This document shows positions 37,842 to 47,854 of a stretch of DNA of 64,000 nucleotides, piece after piece (within the stretch, counting starts at the first letter, position 1; every line of letters begins with the position of its first letter). Below the pieces are notes generated by a model. The model did no database searches, had not been told where the DNA came from, and saw only the letters and a list, made by a program, of their open reading frames with translations. The DNA lies in assembly GCA_042216675.1 (NCBI GenBank), contig JBDGTS010000016.1:18829-82828 (forward strand), given 5' to 3'. Origin of the DNA: Halobacteriaceae archaeon. GTDB lineage: Archaea > Halobacteriota > Halobacteria > Halobacteriales > Halobacteriaceae. The translations under genes and the position numbers were made by a program.

Positions 37842-39950
37842 ATGGGCGCTCCGCCGACCACCGAGGGTGGGACTATCGCCTTCAGCGCCCGGGACGACCC
37901 CCCGGGGCTGGTGGTGAGAGACCGCATCGAGCAACACAAGTACACCCTCAACGCGTCCGACTCCGTCTCGCCGCGCGCCGTCGACACCGAGCGGTTCGTC
38001 TTCCCCGTCGACGCCGCCACGGCGATCTCCACCGCCGAGATTCGACTGCCGACTGTCGTCATCACCTGCATTCGCGACGCCGTGGGGGACACCGTCGCCC
38101 GCACGGAACACAGCGCCGAGGTGTCGCTCCCCCCCGACGCGTACGAACTCGAACTCCACGCGCCGATTCGGATGTACCTCCGCGTCGAGAGCGGCGTCGA
38201 CGTCGTCGCCGACGGCGAACACACCCGCATCGACTTCGGTGACGAGACGACCGTCGAGGTGGGCGTGCGCTCGGACCACGAGCGACCCGCCGCGACGGTC
38301 CAGACCACGTCGGACCCGCGGGACCTGATGCGTGCCGTCTCGACGTTCGGGTCCGCGCTCAAGACCACCTCGCCGGAGCGCGCGTTCCCGACGTTCCGCG
38401 GGCACCCGCCGGCGGTCGAACTCGCCGACGAGTTCTCGGTGCCGGCCGAAGTCGAGCCACCTGATACCGGGGTGACAATCGAGGTGCCCCCGGAGCGCCG
38501 CTACGTCTACGTCGTGGCGCCACTTGCGTACTACCTCGGTGCGACCGTCGAACCGGGCGAGACGCCCCGCCTCGTCACTGACGCGGGCTTCGAGTACGAG
38601 TTGGGCGCCGACCGCGCGTTCGAGCAGTCCGTCGAGCGAGTGCTCAAGCAGGTGTTCGTCCTCGACTGCGTGACCCGCACCGAGGGCCTCTACGAGGTGT
38701 CGTTCAAGACGCGGCAGGCCCTCGCCGACGACATCGACTTCGACCCCGCCGTGGCCTACGACCGACCGCTCGCGGAGCGACTCGAAACGTACCTCGCCGA
38801 GGAGTACGACGCGATAGAGCCGGCGATTCCGGACTGGAAGCTCACCTCCCACGTCTCGCTGGATCCGACCTCCGCCGAGACGCTCCCGTATCTCGTCAAC
38901 GACCTCGCCATCGTCCGGACGCCCGGTTCGACGTCCGCGGCGTCCTCTCCCTCCGCGAAGGCGGCCATCGACGAGTTCCTCCGCGACGGCGACTCGTTCG
39001 TCCGCTCCACCACCGACGGCGGCACGGCGGTGGACCGCGACTTCGTGCAGGCCGACGAGGAGGACGCCCTCGAACACGCGTGGGTCGGCGAGGAGACGCC
39101 CGTCGGCATGAGCAAGGTCACGGAGACGGCCTATCAGCACCAGTTCGACCGGGAGCCGACGGACGGCGACATCGAGATTACGGTCGTCTGCAACGACCCG
39201 GAGATGGCGGCCGAACAGGACCTGCTCCAGACCGTCTACGGCACCCGCGAGCGTCTGCCGTTCGACATCGAGTTCGAGGAGGGCCTGCCCACCGACGCAC
39301 TCCGCGAGACGCTCGCGGCGGACGTGGACTTCCTCCACTACGTCGGGCACATCGACGACGGCGGCTTCCGGTGCCCCGACGGCGTCCTCGACGCCACCAC
39401 CCTCGACGAGGTGGGCGTCGACGCCTTCCTGCTGAACGCCTGCCAGTCCTACGACCAAGGGCTCGGACTCATCAACGCGGGCGCCATCGCCGGCATCACG
39501 ACGCTCAGCGACGTGCCGAACGAGGCGGCCGTCGAGATGGGCTACACGATTTCGCGCCTGCTGAACTCCGGGTTCCCGATTCGGGGCGCACTGGAAGTCG
39601 CGAAGGAGGAACACATCATCGGGAGCCAGTACGTCGTCGTCGGCGACGGCGGGATGACGATTACGCAGGCGGAGAGCGGAACCGCGCAACTGTACGAACT
39701 AGAGCGGACGGACGACGGATTCGCCCTCGACATCATCGGCTACGCGTCGTCGAACTTCGGAATGGGGGCACTGTTCACGCCGTTCATCAGCGACGACGCG
39801 CCGTACTATCTCAACTCCGGGCACCTCGACCGGTTCGAACTGACCGCCGAGGAACTATCCGAGTTCCTGATGATGGAGAACGTGCCGGTCCGTTTCGACG
39901 GCGAACTGCACTGGAGTTACGACCTCTCTGTTAGCGCACTCGACGACTGA
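37842..39950 (+). CDS. 702-aa protein with C-terminal caspase/CHAT-like (clan CD) His-Cys motifs
   Basis: 'DFLHYVGH' (His codon 39348) and 'FLLNACQS' (Cys codon 39441), followed by 'GLINAGA..GI.TL..V....A'; spacing and pattern resemble CHAT 'HF.GHG...VLSAC.S'. Confidence 0.65.
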   Translation: MGAPPTTEGGTIAFSARDDPPGLVVRDRIEQHKYTLNASDSVSPRAVDTERFVFPVDAATAISTAEIRLPTVVITCIRDAVGDTVARTEHSAEVSLPPDAYELELHAPIRMYLRVESGVDVVADGEHTRIDFGDETTVEVGVRSDHERPAATVQTTSDPRDLMRAVSTFGSALKTTSPERAFPTFRGHPPAVELADEFSVPAEVEPPDTGVTIEVPPERRYVYVVAPLAYYLGATVEPGETPRLVTDAGFEYELGADRAFEQSVERVLKQVFVLDCVTRTEGLYEVSFKTRQALADDIDFDPAVAYDRPLAERLETYLAEEYDAIEPAIPDWKLTSHVSLDPTSAETLPYLVNDLAIVRTPGSTSAASSPSAKAAIDEFLRDGDSFVRSTTDGGTAVDRDFVQADEEDALEHAWVGEETPVGMSKVTETAYQHQFDREPTDGDIEITVVCNDPEMAAEQDLLQTVYGTRERLPFDIEFEEGLPTDALRETLAADVDFLHYVGHIDDGGFRCPDGVLDATTLDEVGVDAFLLNACQSYDQGLGLINAGAIAGITTLSDVPNEAAVEMGYTISRLLNSGFPIRGALEVAKEEHIIGSQYVVVGDGGMTITQAESGTAQLYELERTDDGFALDIIGYASSNFGMGALFTPFISDDAPYYLNSGHLDRFELTAEELSEFLMMENVPVRFDGELHWSYDLSVSALDD

Positions 39951-39962
39951 CTGGCCGGCCGG

Positions 39963-40088
39963 TCACCGAATCGTCCCGCCACTCGCCGCGACGGCGCTCC
40001 CTGCCTGCGACAGGAGCATCATGACCATGAACAGCTTCGCGAGCAGTTTGGGGTGATTCTTGAGTCGGGCTGCGATGGTATCGGACAT
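39963..40088 (-). CDS. 41-aa signal-peptide-like small protein MSDTIAARLKNHPKLLAKLFMVMMLLSQAGSAVAASGGTIR (recalled as DUF7503-like)
   Basis: Not in the ORF track. ATG at 40088, TGA at 39963; basic N-region, hydrophobic core, AVA site, short tail; TATA at the expected distance. Confidence 0.75.
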   Translation of the reverse strand: MSDTIAARLKNHPKLLAKLFMVMMLLSQAGSAVAASGGTIR

Positions 40089-40096
40089 TGCAACCC

Positions 40097-40140
40097 TTTA
40101 TTTTTCCGTGACTGTATTATAATTATTTAAAGGTTTACTA
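40097..40140 (-). promoter_or_regulatory. AT-rich promoter of the 41-aa ORF (TTATAATA about -27 to -34; TTTAAATA preceded by AAACC further up)
   Basis: Minus strand reads TAGTAAACCTTTAAATAATTATAATACAG; among the most AT-rich stretches in the window; consistent with a leaderless mRNA. Confidence 0.65.
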
Positions 40141-40441
40141 TGATTCCGTCGTGGGATAAAGTACCAGTAAAGATGCAGGTCCGGCGCCACCGGCGTGTTC
40201 CGGTCAGCGAGTCGACGGAAGTGGAGCCGACGTGGCCGACAGACATTACTTCCGCGGGAGCGTCTATAGAGAAAATCCGACGGACCCGGCTCGGGTCCGC
40301 CGACCTCATCGATGCTCTCCACCGTGTTCGCGGCGGCCCATCGGACTGGGGTCGTCACTGACCGAACACTGGCGCCCGCGCGTATCGATCGCCAGCCACG
40401 CCCTCCCGACCCCGGAGCCACAGTTCCCACCGAGGCGAACG

Positions 40442-42285
40442 ATGGGTGACGCCGTCGACGTCCTCCACGTCGGCGACTCCTTCGTGGCCCCCCTCGACGC
40501 GGCGGCCAGCGGGGCGGTCCGACGGACTGTGTACGGGGCCGACGAGACGGTGGCCGTACTGGACGAACTCGGGGACCCGGGCGCTCGGGTCGACTGCGTC
40601 GTCTGCGAACACCCACTCGACGACGTGGACGTGGTCGACTTTCTCGACTCCCTCGTCGAGTGGGGGGCCGGCGTGCCCGTCGTCCTCCTCACCGACGCGG
40701 GGAGCGAGTCGCTCGCGAGTGAGGCCATCTCCGCGGGCGTCACGGAGTACGTCAGCGTCGCCGACGCGGACTGGGCCGCCGCCGCGGCCGCCATCGAGCG
40801 CTGTGCCCGCGAGGGACGGACCGGCCCGCAGTTCCACCTCGAAACCTCGTTTCGCCACCTCGTGGAGCAGAACATCGCCGGCGTCTTCGAGGTGCAGGGC
40901 GAGGAGTTCACGTACGTCAATCCGACGTTCGCGGACGTCTTCGGCTACTCGCAGGCGGAGTTGATCGGTCGCTCGCCGCTGGACCTCGTGGTCGAAGCCG
41001 ACAGAGCGACCCTGCGCGAGAACATGGCGGCGCTCGCCCGCGGGGACGCCGAGAGCGCCGTCTGGAGGAGCAGAACCAGCGCCTCGACAGGCTGAACCGC
41101 ATCAACGAGACGATTCGGACAATCGACCGGGCGCTGGTACAGGCGTCCTCCCGGAGCGAAATCGAGCAGTCGGTCTGTTCGGAACTCGTGCGCGTCGGCT
41201 CCTACGCGTTCGCGTGGGTCGGCGAGTACGAACCCCGCTCCGACCGCGTCGAACCGCGCGAGTGGGCCGGCGCGGAGAAGGGCTATCTGGAGACGGCGAC
41301 GTTCACCACCGACGGCAGTCCGAGCGGACAGAGGCCCACCGGCCGGGCGGTCCGCACCGGGGAGCCACAGGTCACCGCCGACGTGCTCTCGGACCCGCCC
41401 CACGAGCCGTGGCGCGAGGCCGCCCTGAAGTGGGGCTATCGGTCGAGCATCGCCATCCCCCTCACCTACCGGGACAGTCTCTACGGCGTCCTCAACATCT
41501 ATGCGGAACGCCCGAACGTCTTCGACGAACTGGAGCGGCGGACCCTCTCGGAACTCGGCGAGACCATCGCGTACGCCATCAACGCCGTCGAGAGCAAGAA
41601 AGCCCTCGTCAGCGACGAGGTGACGGAACTGGACGTTCGCGTCGGCGTGGAGGGCTACCCGCTGTTCGAATTCGTCGGAGCGGACCCCGACCGCTCGTTC
41701 GAACTCGACGGCATCGTGCCCGCCGACGACGCCTTCCGCGTCTTCTACACCGTTCACGGCGCCACGGCCACCGAAATCGAGGCGCTCGCGGGCGAGTCGA
41801 TGGCGGTTCGGGAGAACCGCCTCGTCGCCGAACGCGACGGCGACTGCTCGTTCGAGTGCGTCGTCACCGAGGAAGGCCTGACGTTCTGGCTCCTCGATAG
41901 GGGCGCCGTGCCGCAGTCCATCTCCGTCTCCGAGGACGGCGCCCGCGTCACACTCGAACTCGCGCGGGACGCCGACGCCCGCGACTTCGTCGAACACCTC
42001 GACGCGGCGTATCCCGAGGTGGAACTGCTGGCTACGCGGCGCCGCGAGCGCTCGGTCCGCGCGCGGGCGGCGTTCGAGGCGGCCCTCGACGCGGAACTCA
42101 CGCCCCGCCAGCGCGAAGTTCTCCACACGGCGTATCTCAGCGGCTACTTCGACACGCCACGCGAGCGAACCGCCACCGACGTGGCGGCCTCGCTCGACAT
42201 CTCACAGCCGACGTTCAGCGGCCACCTCCGCGCTGGCCTGCGCAACGTTCTGGACCTGCTGTTCACCGACGACCTAGATAGATAG
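40442..42285 (+). pseudogene. Bacterio-opsin activator (Bat)-like REC-PAS-GAF-HTH_10 regulator, frameshifted by an internal deletion near 41050-41059
   Basis: First frame: receiver-like domain + first half of PAS, ending 'ARGDAES', stop at 41095. Second frame from 41050: 'RERRLEEQNQRLDRLNRIN...' then GAF and 'LTPRQREVLHTAYLSGYFDTPR...HLR'. The PAC half is missing. Confidence 0.8.
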
Positions 42286-42357
42286 CCCCGCTCGGCGCCC
42301 CCCTGCTTTCGATAGAGGCATTAGCCCCATCCTTTAACTGCCCCTACGTAGGCTCGA

Positions 42358-42909
42358 ATGCGAATCAAACTCGCTGCGGTGGCGATGGTCGTCATCGCGA
42401 TTACGGCAACGCTCGGTGCTAGTGCGTTCACGACGGGAACTGTCGACCGGTCCTCCAGCGTCAACGTGGTCAACGACGACACTGGTCTCCTCGCTCTCTC
42501 CGACGGGACGTCCGGCGGCCTCGTGTTCCAGAACAGCAGCGGTGCCCTCGAAATCGACTTCACGAAGGGCGGCGCGAGCGGCGTCAACACGGAGGCGACG
42601 TTCACGCTCGGCAACACGGCCGACCCGACGAATCAGTCCGCGTTCAACATCTCGAACCTCGACGCCGAGTCCCACGACCTGACCGTCGAGTACACGGGTG
42701 CCGGCGGCACGAGTGACGCCGACGCCAATCTGCAGTTCCAGGTCTACGACAGCACCGGCACCAACGTCGCCACGGTCAGCGAGGAGACCACCTCGGACTC
42801 CATCACTGGCGCCGCCTCCGGTGACACGTACTACGTCGTCATCGTCGTGGACACCCACGGTCTCGACAGCACGGCGGACCTCTCCGGGACGCTGACGGTG
42901 TCGGCCTAA
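42358..42909 (+). CDS. Secreted Thr/Ser/Asp-rich filament-subunit-like protein (DUF1102-like)
   Basis: Signal peptide then 'SAFTTGTVDRSSSVNVVNDDTGLLAL', 'GVN..A.F..G', 'AFNISN'; adjacent to a signal peptidase. Confidence 0.7.
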   Translation: MRIKLAAVAMVVIAITATLGASAFTTGTVDRSSSVNVVNDDTGLLALSDGTSGGLVFQNSSGALEIDFTKGGASGVNTEATFTLGNTADPTNQSAFNISNLDAESHDLTVEYTGAGGTSDADANLQFQVYDSTGTNVATVSEETTSDSITGAASGDTYYVVIVVDTHGLDSTADLSGTLTVSA

Positions 42910-42925
42910 CGCCACACCGCCTCTC

Positions 42926-43909
42926 GTGTTTCGGTTCGCCGGCGCAGCCCTCGTGCTCGGGTTCGTCCTGCTGACGGTCGCCCCCGCTGGAGCGCCGGTG
43001 CAGGTGTCGTACGTGTTTTCGGACAGCATGTCGCCGACCATCGAGACGAACGACGCGTTCCTCGTGGTCGACTCCGACGGCGTGGAGACGGGCGACGTCA
43101 TCACATTCTGGGACGCTCAGCGGGAGACGTACGTCACCCACCGCGTCGTCGGGACGTCCGAGGCGGGGTTCATCACGAAGGGCGACAACAACCCGACCAC
43201 CGACCAAGCCGCCGGCCGGGCGCCGGTCCGGCAGAGCGACGTGGTCGGCGAAGTCGTCACCTACGGCGGCGCGCCGCTGACCGTCCCCGGCTACGGCGCC
43301 GCCGTAATCGCGATTCAGGAGCATCGCCTCCTCACGCTCCTCGTGGCGGGCGGAGCGATGCTCCTCACGTCGCTCCGACCCGGGGACCGCGATGCGCGGC
43401 CGTCGCGGTCGGTCCAGCGGGTGCGCCACGTCGTGCGACCGCTGTTCGCCGCCAGCGCTGCCTCCGTCGTCGCCGTCGTTCTCCTCACCGCCATCAGCCA
43501 GCAGTTCGTCTTCGTCGCCGTCGCGACGCCGTCTGCCGCGCCGAACACGCTCACTGTCGGTGAACCGCAGGAGACGACGCTCACCGTCGAGCGGTCGGCG
43601 TCGCCGTTCACGCGGAGCGTCGTCGGTGCCCACGGGATGACGGTGACGAACCAGTCCCGCAACGCCTCGGCGGTGTCCGTCACCGCCCGAATTCCGCCCC
43701 CGGAGTCGACGGGCCGCCACGCCACGCGGCTCACGGTCCATCAGTATCCGGCGGTGGCGCCGACGTGGCTCCTCCGGACGCTGCACGGCGTCCACCCGGC
43801 CGTACCCGCGGTGCTCACGACGCTCCTCGTGTTGGCGCCGCTGTATCTCGCCGTGGAACTCCTCATCGACGTGCGCGCCACCGACCGCTCGGCGCCCATC
43901 GAGGGCTGA
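42926..43909 (+). CDS. Signal peptidase I (S26, SipW/Sec11-like) with extra C-terminal membrane domain
   Basis: 'SYVFSDSMSPTI', 'GDVITF', 'VTHRVV', 'FITKGDNN'; GTG start. Confidence 0.85.
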   Translation: MFRFAGAALVLGFVLLTVAPAGAPVQVSYVFSDSMSPTIETNDAFLVVDSDGVETGDVITFWDAQRETYVTHRVVGTSEAGFITKGDNNPTTDQAAGRAPVRQSDVVGEVVTYGGAPLTVPGYGAAVIAIQEHRLLTLLVAGGAMLLTSLRPGDRDARPSRSVQRVRHVVRPLFAASAASVVAVVLLTAISQQFVFVAVATPSAAPNTLTVGEPQETTLTVERSASPFTRSVVGAHGMTVTNQSRNASAVSVTARIPPPESTGRHATRLTVHQYPAVAPTWLLRTLHGVHPAVPAVLTTLLVLAPLYLAVELLIDVRATDRSAPIEG

Positions 43910-43958
43910 CCGCCGGCGCCGCTGTGCACTCGTTCGACCCGAAAAGGCAGTTCCGCGC

Positions 43959-44504
43959 TCAGTTCTCGACGGTGACGCTCTCCAGCACCACGTCGCGTTT
44001 CGGCTGGTCGTTCGCGTCCGTCTCGACGTCGCCGATTTCCCGCACCACGTCCATCCCGTCGGTGACCTCGCCGAAGACAGCGTGCTTGCCGTCGAGGTGC
44101 GGCTGGGCGTCGAGGGTGATGAAGAACTGCGAGCCGTTGGTGTCGGGCCCGCGGTTCGCCATCGACAGGACGCCCGGGCCGTCGTGGGACAGGTCGTCGT
44201 CGAACTCGTCGTCGAAGGTGTAGCCGGGGCCGCCGCGGCCGGTGCCGGTGGGGTCGCCGGTCTGAATCATGAAGCCGTCGATGACGCGGTGGATGGCCAC
44301 GTCGTCGTAGAGGGGGTCGACGCGCTTCTCGCCCGTCTCGGGGTCCTCCCACGCGCCCTCACCGGGACCGACGTCGGCCTCGTCGTAGTCGTCGGCGCGC
44401 GTCGCGTGGTCCACGAAGGCCTCGACCGTGCGGGGCTTCTTTTCGTCGTACAGTTCGACCTCGACGTCGCCCTCGCTGGTGTGGAGGGTTGCGGTAATCG
44501 TCAT
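43959..44504 (-). CDS. ppiA: Cyclophilin-type peptidyl-prolyl isomerase
   Basis: '[20 protein letters not shown]', '[18 protein letters not shown]', '[10 protein letters not shown]'. Confidence 0.92.
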   Translation of the reverse strand: MTITATLHTSEGDVEVELYDEKKPRTVEAFVDHATRADDYDEADVGPGEGAWEDPETGEKRVDPLYDDVAIHRVIDGFMIQTGDPTGTGRGGPGYTFDDEFDDDLSHDGPGVLSMANRGPDTNGSQFFITLDAQPHLDGKHAVFGEVTDGMDVVREIGDVETDANDQPKRDVVLESVTVEN

Positions 44505-44589
44505 GGCCCGACAGAGGCGCCGGTACCGGAAAACCGTGCCGGTGCAGTCCCGGAAGATTTTGGTAGGAGGGCCGTGGCGGGTGAGACAC

Positions 44590-45549
44590 ATGAGCGTCAG
44601 AATTGCATTTATCGGCGCCGGCAACATCGCCGGTCGACACTTCAACACACTCGAGACGATGGACGACGCGAACGTCGTCGCCATCTGTGACATCGACGAG
44701 GACGCCGCCGAGGAAGCGGGCGAACGCTTCGACGCGGAGACGTTCACCGATTGGGAGGCGCTCTACGAGGAGGCCGACTTCGAGGCCGTCTTCGTCTGTC
44801 TGCCGCCCTTCGCCCACGAGGGCCAAGAGCAGGCCGCCGCGGAACGCGGCATCGACCTGTTCGTGGAGAAGCCCCTCGCCCTCGAACAGTCCTACGCCGA
44901 GGAGGTCCGTGACCTCGTGGCGGAGAACGACGTCATCGCGCAGGTCGGCTACAACTGGCGCTACTCCCCCGGCGTCGAGTACGTGCAGGAGGTCCTCGCG
45001 GGCCGCGACGTGGGCTACGTCGACGGCTACTGGTGGGGCGGCGTCCCCGGCGGCGAGGACCACTGGTGGCGCCACAAGGAGCGCTCGGGCGGTCAGACCG
45101 TCGAGCAGGCGACCCACATCTTCGACACCGTGCGCGCCGTCGCGGGCGACGTGACGGAAGTGATGGCCGCCGGGTCGAACCGCCTCGAAGAACTCGTGGA
45201 CTTCTCGGACGTGACCAGCGCCACGATGACCCACGAGAACGACGCCGTCAGCCACGTCTCCACGTCCTGTGCCGCCGAGAGCGGCAAGCACGGCCTCGAA
45301 GTCGTCGCCGAGGACGCGACCCTCACGTTCAGTCAGGACCACGTCTCGGGCCGCGTCGACGGCGAGGAAGTCGAGGAGTCCTTCGACGCCGACCCCTACG
45401 CGAACGAAGTCGAGGCGTTCATCGACGCCGTCCAGACCCGCGACACGTCCGACGTGCGCGCCCCCTACAGCGACGCCGTCGAGAGCCTCGACGTCACCCT
45501 CGCGGTGAACGAGTCCATCGAGTCCGGCGAACCGGTCAGCCTCGATTAG
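44590..45549 (+). CDS. Gfo/Idh/MocA family oxidoreductase
   Basis: 'IGAGNIA', 'FVEKPLA', 'VGYNWRY', 'SGG..VEQATH..D'. Confidence 0.9.
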   Translation: MSVRIAFIGAGNIAGRHFNTLETMDDANVVAICDIDEDAAEEAGERFDAETFTDWEALYEEADFEAVFVCLPPFAHEGQEQAAAERGIDLFVEKPLALEQSYAEEVRDLVAENDVIAQVGYNWRYSPGVEYVQEVLAGRDVGYVDGYWWGGVPGGEDHWWRHKERSGGQTVEQATHIFDTVRAVAGDVTEVMAAGSNRLEELVDFSDVTSATMTHENDAVSHVSTSCAAESGKHGLEVVAEDATLTFSQDHVSGRVDGEEVEESFDADPYANEVEAFIDAVQTRDTSDVRAPYSDAVESLDVTLAVNESIESGEPVSLD

Positions 45550-45592
45550 AGCGGCCCAAACGGTTTTCGGCCGCGAGCCGTGACCCCCGGAC

Positions 45593-45856
45593 ATGGTCGA
45601 CTCCCGTGCTGTCGCGGCCCTCGTCGTCGGCGTGCTTCTCGTCCTGTTCGGCGGCATCGGCTCGCTCGTCGTTCTGCTCGGCGCCCTCTTCGGCGTCGTC
45701 GACCTCACCATCGCCAGCGCCCTGTTTCCGCTGGCGTTCGTCGCTGGGGCGGCGGCGCTGGGCTACGGCGTCGCGGCCCTCCTCGAAGAGGGCGGGGACC
45801 TGCGCGAGCGATTCGAGAACGCCGACCTCCGCCGGCTGAAGCGCTACGTCGACTAG
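45593..45856 (+). CDS. Small membrane protein
   Basis: Two hydrophobic helices plus a charged tail; stop overlaps the convergent gene (CTAG). Confidence 0.65.
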   Translation: MVDSRAVAALVVGVLLVLFGGIGSLVVLLGALFGVVDLTIASALFPLAFVAGAAALGYGVAALLEEGGDLRERFENADLRRLKRYVD

Positions 45857-46902
45857 AACGACTGGAGGTCGCTCAGCACCGCCGCCGCGGACCCGTCGTC
45901 GATGGCCGCCCGCGCGTCGTCGAGGCCGGCCCGGAGCGACCCCACGTCCCCGCGGGCGTAGATGCGGAACGCGGCGTTCAGCGCCACCGCGTTGGCGAAC
46001 TGGTCGGTCCGGTCGCCCGCGAGGACGCTCTCGGTGATGGCCGCCGAGTCCGCCGCCACGTCGTCGACTTCGAGGTCCGCGCGCTCGAAGTCCATCCCGT
46101 ACTCCTCGGTGGCGATCTCGAAGTCGTCGAACTCCTCCTCGTACTCGGCGACGGCCGTCGCGCCCGGCCGGATGTCGTCGTAGCCCTCCAGCCCCTGAAA
46201 CATGACCACGCGGTCGAAGGCGCTCGTCTCGCTCTCCTGTACGGTGTCCACGACGCGCTTCGCGAAGGAGAGGTGGTAGAACGACCCCAGATGGGCGCTC
46301 GCGCCGGCGGGGTTCGCCAGCGTCTCGACGGTGTTGAGGAACGTCCGCACGCCCATCTCGTCGCGGCGCGCCAGTAGGCCGTGGACGCCGGGGTTGAATC
46401 GGGGCTGGTAGTAGAAGCCAACGCCCACGTCGTCCACCATGTCGGCGCTCTCGCCGGGCCCCACGTCGGTCCGGACGCCGAGTTCGTCGAGGACGTGCTT
46501 GTACGCCGGGTTCCTGCCCGTCGGCACGCGGTCACCGCTGTGGACGACGACGGGCGTGCCCGCGGCGGCGGCGACGACGCCCGCGGCGACGCCCAACAGC
46601 GCCGTCGAGTGCTTCCCGTCGTAGTTCGCGCCACAGTCGAGGGGGTCCGCGCTCGGTTCCTCGCGGAGGACGGAGCGCTCCTCTAACACGTCGACGTACG
46701 CCGCGAGTTCCGTCGGCGTGTTGCGCTTCCACCGGTTCGCGAGCCAGAACGCCCCCAGCGTCGTCGGCGCGGGGTCGCCGGCGAGGATGCGCTCCATCGC
46801 GGCCCGGGCCTGCGTCCGCGTCATGTCCTCGGCGGACTTCGGGCCGGACCCGACGACGTCGCTCATCAGTCGCTTCAGGGTCCACTCGGCTTCGTCGGAC
46901 AT
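45853..46902 (-). CDS. Anthranilate phosphoribosyltransferase-like protein (TrpD2/YbiB-like)
   Basis: 'GAFWLANRWK', 'DCGANYDGK' in place of the canonical GTGGD, 'R.EMGVRTFLNTVE', 'VALNAA'. Confidence 0.75.
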   Translation of the reverse strand: MSDEAEWTLKRLMSDVVGSGPKSAEDMTRTQARAAMERILAGDPAPTTLGAFWLANRWKRNTPTELAAYVDVLEERSVLREEPSADPLDCGANYDGKHSTALLGVAAGVVAAAAGTPVVVHSGDRVPTGRNPAYKHVLDELGVRTDVGPGESADMVDDVGVGFYYQPRFNPGVHGLLARRDEMGVRTFLNTVETLANPAGASAHLGSFYHLSFAKRVVDTVQESETSAFDRVVMFQGLEGYDDIRPGATAVAEYEEEFDDFEIATEEYGMDFERADLEVDDVAADSAAITESVLAGDRTDQFANAVALNAAFRIYARGDVGSLRAGLDDARAAIDDGSAAAVLSDLQSF

Positions 46903-46941
46903 GTGCGGTCGTTCGGCCGCGGGGGAGAAAGGGCTACGGAC

Positions 46942-47823
46942 TCACGCAACGGGGAGGTCGGGGGCTACGTCCACCGCCTCCGCGCTCCACGCCCAGAGGC
47001 GCGCCCGCAGGTCCGAGTCGAGGGCTCCCGGTGACGGTTGGGCGGGGTCGGTCCCCTCGAAGTACTGCCCGGTCACGTCCGCCACGTCGGGGGAGGCGCC
47101 GAGGACCGCCACCCGGCGGCCCGCCTCCGCGGCGCTGATGCCCACGAACGGGAGCAGGTCGGCCGCTCTGACCGCGAGGCGGACGCGAAGGGAGGCGTGC
47201 CGCCAGATGCGACTGCCGGGGACGAAGCCGGGATGGACCGCCGTCGAGGTGACGCCGGTGTCGCCGAGGCGGTCCGCGAGTTCGTACGCGAACAGCACGT
47301 TCGCCAACTTCGAGCGAGCGTACGCGTCGAGGGCGTCGTAGTCGGGATTCTCCTCGGCCGTGACGGCGTCGAGGTCGAGGTCGCCGCGCGTGTGGACCGC
47401 CGAGGCGACGGTGACGACGCGCGCCGGGACGCTCTCGACGAGTCGGTCCGCGAGGCGGTGGGTCAACAGGAAGTGCGCGAGGTGGTTCACCGCGAACGTC
47501 TGCTCGTAGCCGTCGGCGGTCAGGCGTCGTTCGGCGTGGGTCGTCCCGGCGTTGTTCACCAGCACGTCGAGGCGGTCGGTCCGGTCGCGCACCGCCTCGG
47601 CCACCCCGCGCACGGCGCCGAAGTCGGCGAAGTCGGCGCGGAGGAACGTCGCGTCGCCCGCGAGTTCGGTCGCGACGGCCTCGCCGCGCGTCGGGTCGCG
47701 GCCGGTGACGAAGACGGTGGCGCCGAGTTCGGCGAGACGGCGGGCCGTCGCGCGGCCGACGCCGCTGGTCCCGCCGGTCACGAGTGCGACGCGGCCGTCG
47801 AGGTCGGCGGGTGCGAGTGCCAT
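46942..47823 (-). CDS. SDR oxidoreductase (retinol-DH/WWOX-like)
   Basis: 'TGGTSGVG', 'NNAG', 'FAVNHLAHFLL', 'YARSKLAN', 'VHPG'. Confidence 0.9.
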   Translation of the reverse strand: MALAPADLDGRVALVTGGTSGVGRATARRLAELGATVFVTGRDPTRGEAVATELAGDATFLRADFADFGAVRGVAEAVRDRTDRLDVLVNNAGTTHAERRLTADGYEQTFAVNHLAHFLLTHRLADRLVESVPARVVTVASAVHTRGDLDLDAVTAEENPDYDALDAYARSKLANVLFAYELADRLGDTGVTSTAVHPGFVPGSRIWRHASLRVRLAVRAADLLPFVGISAAEAGRRVAVLGASPDVADVTGQYFEGTDPAQPSPGALDSDLRARLWAWSAEAVDVAPDLPVA

Positions 47824-47854
47824 GGCGGGCGTTCGCGCGCCGAACACAAAGGCG

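Noticed and set aside
40140-40441. 73-aa ORF 40140-40361 and the GTG extension 40232-40441
   Set aside because: Basic, atypical composition; the receiver-like domain starts at ATG 40442; more likely intergenic or regulatory DNA.
32206-44000. tRNA-anchored integrative island
   Set aside because: No integrase and no duplicated tRNA 3' end seen; the accessory genes lie on the 5' side of the tRNA.
45853-46902. Calling this gene trpD
   Set aside because: Lacks the GTGGD PRPP-binding motif and has no trp operon context.
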